Positions 57,409 to 64,000 of a stretch of 64,000 nt of DNA are shown here, piece after piece. The DNA comes from an uncultured Chloroflexia bacterium. GTDB lineage: Bacteria; Chloroflexota; Limnocylindria; Limnocylindrales; CSP1-4. Under the pieces are notes generated by a model, which searched no databases, was not told where the DNA came from, and worked only from the letters and a program-made list of their open reading frames with translations. The position numbers and the translations under genes were made by a program. The stretch covers positions 201,597-265,596 of the forward strand of contig CAVYIM010000007.1 of the NCBI GenBank assembly GCA_963768655.1, given 5' to 3'. Positions within the stretch are counted from its first letter, which is position 1; each line of letters starts with the position of its first letter.

Positions 57409-58688
57409 GAGCCGGCCTCCGCGGCCGCCCCAGCCTGCCCGTTGCCGCGGCTTAGCAATCGGGCGATCCCGTATACGACCGCGCCGATGAGCGTGATCCC
57501 GATGATGCCGGCGACCTCGTAGCCGATTGCGGCGTGCCAGAGCGGCGCGCTCGCCTCGGAGAAGAACGGCAGGGGCAGGTTGTAGCCGGCCATCGGGGCC
57601 GCGAAGACGCCCGACAGCTGCTGCAGGCCCGAGGGCACGTAGCCGAACGCAGCCTTGACGTCCTCGGTGCTGCCCTCCCCATACGCGATCCCGGGCGCGA
57701 TGAGACCGAGCGGAGCAATCACGGCAATCGCCACGAAGGTCGCACCGATGCGCTTGGCGGCCCGCGGCAGGAGCAAGTAGCTGGCCGGTATCAGGATGGC
57801 GCCGATCACGATCGTCACGACCAGCATCGTCGCCACCGACGGCCAGTCGACCCGCGACCAGTCGGCGCCGAACATGCGATTGGGGTTGCCGCCACCCTCG
57901 ATCAGGCCGATGGCGGCCAGGGCCACGACTCCCGCGCCGACAGACGCCGCGACAAGCTGCCAGAGCGGGCGTCTGGCGACGGTCCCTTCCGCAACCGCGT
58001 CGGGCGCGAAGATCCGGCTCATGCTCGTCAGGTACTCCGGGTGGCGCCGCTGCAGATACGCGACTCCGAGGCCCGTGATCAGACCCTCCACGATCGACGC
58101 TCCGAAGGCGTGCGCGGCAACCATCGCCGGGATCGCCTCGGACAGCCCATACGGGCTATAGAGAGCGTGCCCGTTCTGGGAGAAGAGGATCGGTTCGATG
58201 CCGAGTTCGACGCCTACGGTGAACGCCGCGACGGTGATGCCCACGTATGCACCGATGCCCGCGGCCACGGCCCGACGAGTGGACAGCACCGGCGAGCCCG
58301 CGGCGAGGAGGCGGTACGTCCCATACCCGACGAACGGCAGGATGATGGCCATGTTCAGGCAGTTCGCGAAGATCGCCAGCACGCCGCCGTCACCGAAGAA
58401 GAGGGCCTGCAGAATCAGCGCCGTACTGACGGCGATGCAGGCGGCCCATGGCCCCAGGACGACGGCGATGAGCGTCCCTCCCACTCCATGTGCCGTCGTG
58501 CCGCCCGGAACCGGGACGTTGAACATCATGATCGTGAAGCTGAGGGCCGAGAAGATCGCCAGCAGCGGCACGGTCCTGTTGTTCAGGACCTTCTTGACCT
58601 TCTGCGTCGCCACCGCCCAGACTGGTAGTGTCGGTACCGCGAGGGCGAGAGAGACGGCTGGCGCAAGGTAGCCGTCGGGTATGTGCAC
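57405..58688 (-). CDS. nikM: ECF-type nickel transporter S component fused to a NikN/PDGLE-like region (NikMN)
   Basis: Starts MHIPDGYL at GTG 58688 (GGAG RBS); GTTAHGVGG, GDGG...NCLNMA; C-terminal APMAGYNLP. MHIPDG is the Ni-type N-terminus (CbiM has MHIMEG). Confidence 0.88.
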   Translation of the reverse strand: MHIPDGYLAPAVSLALAVPTLPVWAVATQKVKKVLNNRTVPLLAIFSALSFTIMMFNVPVPGGTTAHGVGGTLIAVVLGPWAACIAVSTALILQALFFGDGGVLAIFANCLNMAIILPFVGYGTYRLLAAGSPVLSTRRAVAAGIGAYVGITVAAFTVGVELGIEPILFSQNGHALYSPYGLSEAIPAMVAAHAFGASIVEGLITGLGVAYLQRRHPEYLTSMSRIFAPDAVAEGTVARRPLWQLVAASVGAGVVALAAIGLIEGGGNPNRMFGADWSRVDWPSVATMLVVTIVIGAILIPASYLLLPRAAKRIGATFVAIAVIAPLGLIAPGIAYGEGSTEDVKAAFGYVPSGLQQLSGVFAAPMAGYNLPLPFFSEASAPLWHAAIGYEVAGIIGITLIGAVVYGIARLLSRGNGQAGAAAEAGS

Positions 58689-58723
58689 CAGGGCTCTCCA
58701 GATGTTCCGCCTGACGCTACAGT

Positions 58724-58735
58724 TTGCTATTGCAA
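58724..58735. promoter_or_regulatory. Palindrome TTGC-TATT-GCAA between nikM and the Fur-family gene (candidate operator)
   Basis: Only A/T-rich inverted repeat in the 120-nt divergent gap. Confidence 0.4.
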
Positions 58736-58808
58736 CGCGTCGCGGCTGACGCAAGTCTACGTCCTCGCGCCGATGCGCGACAATCGGGGGCGCAGAAAGG
58801 ACCGCCCA

Positions 58809-59273
58809 GTGCCACAGGCAGAACCCAACCCAGGCGCCGGAGTGACCGGCGCGAGCCCATGGGATGAGGCCGCCGATCGAATCAGAGCCAGCGGCCTCCG
58901 CTGGACGCCTCAACGGCGAACCCTGGTCGAAGTCCTGCGGGAACGCGAGGGGCACGTCACGGCGACGGAGCTGATCGCGCGTTGCCGGGAGCGCGACCAG
59001 ACGACCACCCCCTCAACTGTCTATCGGACGCTGGATCTGCTCGAGGATCTGGGACTCGTCAAGCACGGTCACGGACACGACGGGCGCGAGGAGTACCACA
59101 TCCTCCCCCAACAGGTCCACGGTCATCTCTACTGCGTGGGCTGCGGCACCACGTGGGAGATCCGGCCTGAAACGGGAGCCGTCATCGTGGAGGCGCTGGC
59201 GTCGCAGCTGGGCTTCGTCGTGGATCTCTCGCACGTGACGATCTCTGGTCGCTGCGCCGGCTGCCATGACTGA
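58809..59273 (+). CDS. Fur-family regulator, Nur-like
   Basis: GLRWTPQRR, STVYRTLDLL, HGHLYCVGCG, GRCAGC; AAAGGA RBS before GTG 58809; divergent from nikMNQO. Confidence 0.88.
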   Translation: MPQAEPNPGAGVTGASPWDEAADRIRASGLRWTPQRRTLVEVLREREGHVTATELIARCRERDQTTTPSTVYRTLDLLEDLGLVKHGHGHDGREEYHILPQQVHGHLYCVGCGTTWEIRPETGAVIVEALASQLGFVVDLSHVTISGRCAGCHD

Positions 59274-59294
59274 CTTCCGGCCCTGGCTCGCCCC

Positions 59295-60161
59295 CTAGTA
59301 CGGAACCACCAGCAGCCACTTTCCGTCACGACCCGGGTAGTGCCCCTCGGGTCGCTTCCACGGAAGGTAGTTCTTGGCCATGGCGGTCATGTCCCGGAAC
59401 GTGTCCGGGGGCAGCGTCTGGCCCCAGATCGAGCTCAGGCGCGGATAGAACGGATCAACGATGTACGCGCCGAGAACCGCGAAGCCTCCGGGGTAGTAGC
59501 GCGGGTCGTTGGTGGACTGGAAACCGGTCATGACCCATGAATGGGCGCCCTTCCAGGCCAGCAACCCAACGGGCAGGTTCGTCTTGCGCAACGCCGTGGC
59601 CGCGTCGTCCAGCGCCTGGTTGAGAGTGTTGTCCACGACAAGCTTGTAGCGATGGCCGCTCAACTGGGTCATCGTGATGGCCCAGCCAGCCGGGCCGTAG
59701 CCACCGTTGAGGCTGTCCGTCTTCGTTGTGTTGGCGACGATCGTGTTGCTGATCACCAGCTGGCGCGCCGTCGTCAGATCTATCTTCGGCCCGATGATGT
59801 TGAGCATGTTCTGCACTGCACCGGCCATGCACGCTTCCCTGTCGTGCTGCGAGACGAACGTTCCGGCCCGATAGATGTCTATGCTGAACGGGGCAGGCGT
59901 GGGCGCCGGCGTTGGGAAGGACGGCCAGACAAAGGGGGTGCCGGTTGCGTCGGGAGTTGCCGAGTCGGTGGGCGGCGCCGTCTCGCCCGGCGTCTCGCTC
60001 GGCGTCGGGGCGGGGGTGATCGTCGACCGCGTCGCAGATGGACCATTGGCGGCCGCCGTTCCCACGGCGACCCAGGCCGCTGACGCGAGGATCACGCAAA
60101 CCGCCACGTAGGCCCCCACCCCAACCAGAGCCCGCCACCGTGACTTCGACCGCCGCGCCAT
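59295..60161 (-). CDS. Membrane-anchored C39-like (papain-fold) cysteine peptidase
   Basis: N-terminal TM and PT linker; Q..REAC, GAHSWVMTG and IVDP give a Cys-His-Asp order typical of C39-like enzymes. Confidence 0.65.
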   Translation of the reverse strand: MARRSKSRWRALVGVGAYVAVCVILASAAWVAVGTAAANGPSATRSTITPAPTPSETPGETAPPTDSATPDATGTPFVWPSFPTPAPTPAPFSIDIYRAGTFVSQHDREACMAGAVQNMLNIIGPKIDLTTARQLVISNTIVANTTKTDSLNGGYGPAGWAITMTQLSGHRYKLVVDNTLNQALDDAATALRKTNLPVGLLAWKGAHSWVMTGFQSTNDPRYYPGGFAVLGAYIVDPFYPRLSSIWGQTLPPDTFRDMTAMAKNYLPWKRPEGHYPGRDGKWLLVVPY

Positions 60162-60374
60162 CAAGCCGCATTTCCTCCGCATCGTCCCGTCCGCCGCGTC
60201 CGCGGCGCTGCCGAAAGACGCGGCGGGCCAGGACTGCGTGACGGACAGCCGTGCGCCAAACCGTCTGACTCAGGATACGCCCACTCGGCCAAGACCGAGG
60301 AAACCGAGCCCGTCAGGGCATCGTGCGAGGCCGCGCCCGCCCCTCGCGCCAAGCACCTGGCGCTCTTCGCCGCC

Positions 60375-60818
60375 TCAGGAGAAGAGAACCGTCCCGAAGA
60401 CATGGCGCCGACCCAGGGCGGTGATGGGGTCGTCGAAATGGACGCTGCCGGAAGCCTCGCGCTCGTACGTGCACAGCACCACCGTCGGGTCCCCGTCCCG
60501 GTGTTCCAGCCCTATGGCGATAGCCTCCGTCAAGCCGCCGCCCTCTTCCTTTGGCACCAACGCGTCCCAGCAGACCGCGCATGCCTTGATCGTGCCCGCT
60601 CGGGCCTGCAGACGGAACGTGGCGTACAAGGAATCGATGATCAGCGGATTGGACGGGTCCCGCAGCGTGGGGGCCACGTCGATCACCGCCAGCTGACCAC
60701 TCGCCGCCAGCCGAGCGCCAAAGGGCCGGAACTCGCCGGTCTCCTCGAGCATCCGCTCCGCCAGGCCGAGCATGGGAGTGAGCAGTTCGTTGAAGTCCGT
60801 GCGGATGCTCGGTTCCAT
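60375..60818 (-). CDS. Hypothetical cytoplasmic protein (147 aa)
   Basis: GGAG RBS, ATG 60818; MEPSIRTDFNELL...GEFRPFGA...IGLEHRDG; coding-like composition. Confidence 0.7.
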   Translation of the reverse strand: MEPSIRTDFNELLTPMLGLAERMLEETGEFRPFGARLAASGQLAVIDVAPTLRDPSNPLIIDSLYATFRLQARAGTIKACAVCWDALVPKEEGGGLTEAIAIGLEHRDGDPTVVLCTYEREASGSVHFDDPITALGRRHVFGTVLFS

Positions 60819-60952
60819 GAGTCTCTCCTGCGCTTGCCCGGCCGGGCGGCCGGCCGCTGGCCGACCGGTAACTGCTTCCACGGAAGAAGTCGGCAGAAGA
60901 GCGCCACCCTCAAGCCGCGGCCCGTCAAACGCGGCTCCTCGGCTCGACGCCG

Positions 60953-61645
60953 TCAGGGCGCCTCGGTGCCGCGCGTGCCTCGTCGCAGGACGAGAACGGC
61001 GCCGCTTGCCGCAGTGGCCATCCCGGCAACGAAGAGCGGCCATGGGAACCAGCCCGGCAGGCCGCCGGCCATGATGCGGGGCGCGTCGGCCGTGAAGCTC
61101 AGCACCACGAGAAGGCCGCCGACGAGTCCAAGCCCCACCTCGCGCCGCCCGGTGCCAAGGGCCACTCCGCTCTCTGCCCGGCGTGCGGCGGTCAATCCAA
61201 ATCCAACGAGGGCGGCGCTCACCGCCACGGGCGCCCACACCGGCCCGATCCAGGGCACGGGAATCAAGAACAACACATCCCACGTCCCTGGCGAGTGTGG
61301 CCAGCCAACGAAGATCCACAGCCAAACGTAGTAGAAGATGTCCCACACGCCGAAGGCGACCGCAGCCCAGGCCAGCCGCTCGAGCCAGGTCCGTCCAGTC
61401 AGCCAGCCAATCCCCGCCAGCATGACCAGCGTGGCGAACTCACGGCCCACCTCGATCGCGGCCAGGTCGCCGACCACCTCCGGGCCGCGCAGCGGGAAGA
61501 GCTGATCGGGCGTGATGCTCAGGGCGCGCTGCAGATAGACGACGACCGCCGCCTCCAGGTAAGCCATCGCCACCGCGAACACGACGACCGCAATCGCGGC
61601 GCTGCGGAAGCGCTCGGGCCGCCTGGCCACGGGGGCGCCGTCCAT
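60953..61645 (-). CDS. Hypothetical multi-pass membrane protein
   Basis: AMAYLEAAVVVYL, EVGREFATLVML, FGVWDIFYYVWL, WDVLFLIPVPW; 5-6 TMs. Confidence 0.8.
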   Translation of the reverse strand: MDGAPVARRPERFRSAAIAVVVFAVAMAYLEAAVVVYLQRALSITPDQLFPLRGPEVVGDLAAIEVGREFATLVMLAGIGWLTGRTWLERLAWAAVAFGVWDIFYYVWLWIFVGWPHSPGTWDVLFLIPVPWIGPVWAPVAVSAALVGFGLTAARRAESGVALGTGRREVGLGLVGGLLVVLSFTADAPRIMAGGLPGWFPWPLFVAGMATAASGAVLVLRRGTRGTEAP

Positions 61646-61799
61646 CAGTCCATCACGGCCCGGCGATGCCGTCGGGCGATCGTGTCCGCAAGGTTCCGGG
61701 AGCCGTCCGGGGCAGACGCCCGAGGGCTCCGCAGGATTGCCTCCTGCTTGTAGTTGAGCCGCGGCAAGGGCGTCCCTCCGGGCAAGGCGACCTGGGGTT

Positions 61800-61875
61800 T
61801 GGCGCCCCCGGCCGGACTCGAACCGACGACGCCCGCCTTAGGACGGCGGCGCTCTGTCCACTGAGCTACGGGGGC
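61800..61875 (-). tRNA. tRNA-Arg(CCT)
   Basis: GCCCCCG/CGGGGGC acceptor, CCGCC-GTCCTAA-GGCGG anticodon arm, TTCGAGT T loop, A20, encoded CCA. Confidence 0.95.
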
Positions 61876-61933
61876 CCGGACCGATGTTACCGCGTCCGCG
61901 GACAACAACCACACCCTGCAGTGCGCCTCAGGC

Positions 61934-62797
61934 CTAGACCGCCGCCTCGAACCGATAGCGATCGCGATCGCGGACCAGGCAACCGACCGGGTGGAAAGGC
62001 TCATGGGAGAGGACGATCGTCCAGTCCTCCTCGGTTGCGCGGGCGAACAGCGCCGCCTTGACGGCCACGGAGTCGAGGGGGAAGTCGTCGAACGCGGTGA
62101 CCCAGCGCGGGTTCGCGCTCCAGGGCCGCATGAAGAGATCGCCAAGGAACGCGACCGTGATGTCCCGGCCGCGGATCAGGACTCCCTGGTGACCGGCCGA
62201 ATGGCCGCCCGTCGGCATGACGCTGACGCCGGGCAGGATCTCGGCCTCCCCGTCCGCGGCCCCGCGCAGCCCCAGATCGCGCACCAACCGCAGCTCTGGC
62301 TGGTCGTAGCTGGCCACCAGGCGCGGATTGCCCCCCATGGCGATCTCCCACTCGGCCAGCTGGGCGACGAACCTGGCTCGGGGGAAGGCCAGGTCTCCGT
62401 TCGCGCGCAGCAGGCCGCCTGCATGGTCGAAGTGGAGGTGACTCACCGCCACAGCATCGACCGAACCCGGGTCGAAGCCCGCGTTCTCGAGCGCCGGGAC
62501 GATCCATGGGCCCTCGTACGCCCGCATCGTCCGAACCTTGTCGCTGACCCGCTCTCCGATGCCGGTCTCGACGAGCACTCGACCGGCGGGCGTCTCCACG
62601 AGCAGGCAGTTGAGCGCCTGCAGGATGCGGTGTTGGTCGTCGATCTCCGGGGCGACCAGGTCGTTCCACATCATGCGCGGCACCACACCCAGCAGAGCGC
62701 CCGCATCCGAGCGGAACTGGCCCGCCTGGATCAGCGCGACTCTTGTTCCTCCGCCCAGCTCGGCCGACCAGTGGACGGAGTCGTTGAGCGTCGTCAT
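61934..62797 (-). CDS. Metallo-beta-lactamase-fold hydrolase (YtnP-like)
   Basis: [24 protein letters not shown] (HxHxDH), GGHSAGH, GDL, SHE. Confidence 0.88.
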   Translation of the reverse strand: MTTLNDSVHWSAELGGGTRVALIQAGQFRSDAGALLGVVPRMMWNDLVAPEIDDQHRILQALNCLLVETPAGRVLVETGIGERVSDKVRTMRAYEGPWIVPALENAGFDPGSVDAVAVSHLHFDHAGGLLRANGDLAFPRARFVAQLAEWEIAMGGNPRLVASYDQPELRLVRDLGLRGAADGEAEILPGVSVMPTGGHSAGHQGVLIRGRDITVAFLGDLFMRPWSANPRWVTAFDDFPLDSVAVKAALFARATEEDWTIVLSHEPFHPVGCLVRDRDRYRFEAAV

Positions 62798-63399
62798 CGC
62801 TTCCTCCTGGGCGCCGCTAGGGTTCGACGACCTCGCTCGAAGTCCTCGAAGAACGCCGAGGCCGTCGGCTCGGCCTGGCCCTGGTATTTCGACCCCAGGC
62901 CCGCCGAGCCGTAGGGCCGCTCGACCGGACTGGACATGGTCAGGAAGCTGATCTGCCCGATCTTCATGCCGGAGTAGAGCGCGATCGGCAGCTTCGCGAC
63001 GTTCGACAGCTCGAGCGTGAGCTTGCCTTTCCAGCCGGGGTCGACATAACCGGCGGTCGAATGGATGAGCAGGCCGAGGCGTCCAAGCGACGACTTGCCC
63101 TCCAGCCGAGCCACCAGGTCGTCCGGCAGCTCGACCCACTCGAGCGTCTGGCCCAGCACGAACTCGCCGGGGTGCAGCACGAACGCCTCGTTGTCGGCCA
63201 CCGTCAGAAGCTCCGTGAGATCCGGTTGCGCGGACCTGACGTCGATGTACGGATAGCGGTTGTTGCGAAAGACCCGGAAGCTGTGATCCAGGTGCAGATC
63301 GATGGAAGACGGCTGCAGATCCGCCCGATCGTAAGGCGCGATCTTGATCCGGCCGGCCGCCAGGGCGACCGCGATGTCGCGGTCGGAGAGGACGCTCAC
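62794..63399 (-). CDS. dcd: dCTP deaminase
   Basis: [46 protein letters not shown]. Confidence 0.96.
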   Translation of the reverse strand: MSVLSDRDIAVALAAGRIKIAPYDRADLQPSSIDLHLDHSFRVFRNNRYPYIDVRSAQPDLTELLTVADNEAFVLHPGEFVLGQTLEWVELPDDLVARLEGKSSLGRLGLLIHSTAGYVDPGWKGKLTLELSNVAKLPIALYSGMKIGQISFLTMSSPVERPYGSAGLGSKYQGQAEPTASAFFEDFERGRRTLAAPRRKR

Positions 63400-63890
63400 T
63401 TGACCGTGGCCCCGCTTTCGCGCTGGGCGTAGAGGTTATCCACCTCGCGCTTCAGGGCCTCCAGGTCTTCGAAGCTCTGATACACGCTGGCGAATCTGAT
63501 ATAGGCAATCTGGTCGATGGCTCTCAGCTTCTCCATGGCCAGCCGGCCGACCTCCGAGGATTCGACCTCGGAGGAGCCAGACGCCCGCAGCTCGGCCTCG
63601 ATCTGGTCCGCGGCGCGGTCCGAGGCGTCCTCCGCCACGGGCCGGCGCACCAGGGCCTTGCGCAACCCCAACGCCAGCTTCTCGCGATCGAATTCCTCGC
63701 GGGAGCCGTTGCGCTTGATGATGACCAGGCGCGGGGCCTCGATCCGCTCGTTCGTGGTGAATCGGGCGGAACAGGCCGAGCACTCGCGGCGGCGCCTGAT
63801 GCTGACCTCGTCGAGGTCTCGCGAGTCAATGACCCGGGTTTCGCGTTCGCCGCATCGCGGACAGCGCATCGGCTCCGTCTCCTCCGCCAC
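63396..63890 (-). CDS. nrdR: Transcriptional repressor NrdR
   Basis: [27 protein letters not shown]-cone, YIRFASVY; start 63890 or 63869. Confidence 0.96.
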   Translation of the reverse strand: MAEETEPMRCPRCGERETRVIDSRDLDEVSIRRRRECSACSARFTTNERIEAPRLVIIKRNGSREEFDREKLALGLRKALVRRPVAEDASDRAADQIEAELRASGSSEVESSEVGRLAMEKLRAIDQIAYIRFASVYQSFEDLEALKREVDNLYAQRESGATVK

Positions 63891-64000
63891 GACGCCCGTG
63901 GCCTGCCGTGGAGGATATCACCGCGGGTCTGCCGGCCCGGAGCCCCGGTCGCGCCGCCGCCCGCGCCGCGTGGAGGCTCAGCTCACCCGCCCCAGCTCGA

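Noticed and set aside
58689-58808. Cobalamin riboswitch upstream of the CbiM-like gene
   Set aside because: Gap too short, no B12-box, and the MHIPDG N-terminus points to nickel.
63891-64000. Feature at the right window edge
   Set aside because: Possibly the last codons of an upstream - strand gene, but too little sequence to call.

Overview
High-GC bacterial chromosomal window. It is most consistent with a Chloroflexota lineage; this is an inference from the GAAC-N4-GTTC SOS box, T-box riboswitches, the DUF951 / peptidase-MA / family-5 SBP block and monoderm-type envelope genes. It is mostly housekeeping: miaA(partial)-miaB-PHP-ymdB-rny; recX-recA-small ORF-tgt-ruvB; ruvA-ruvC-yebC; an EF-G paralog; a his operon headed by a TrpR-like regulator with hisA transcribed divergently; tyrS; class A PBP, murJ and a FemAB-like ligase; mutS2-mpg-cvpA; pheST (Phe T-box); rplT-rpmI-infC (AUC start); thrS (Thr T-box); tRNA-Val(GAC); GT2-MFS-DUF951-peptidase MA-SBP; a multi-GAF diguanylate cyclase; NikMNQO with a Nur-like regulator; tRNA-Arg(CCT); MBL hydrolase-dcd-nrdR. 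I found no CRISPR array, integrase, transposase or rRNA. The best leads are: (1) an accessory block at 42.1-46.0 kb, with a duplicated promoter plus 5' half of tRNA-Val flanking an orphan membrane gene, next to a three-gene operon for a secreted His-Gly/Cys (caspase/gingipain-fold-like) peptidase, a PepSY-like protein and a lipoprotein under an OmpR/PhoB-geometry direct repeat; (2) an 18-bp palindrome that contains both divergent his promoters; (3) an SOS box at ruvB apparently driving ruvB-tgt-sORF-recA-recX, where Tgt has a queuine-type pocket; (4) several small ORFs and structured intergenic elements. Four +1 frameshifts (ruvA, mutS2, two in the peptidase) can all be explained by one extra A on the + strand, which points to systematic sequencing error. 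All family calls are by motif recognition, not database search.
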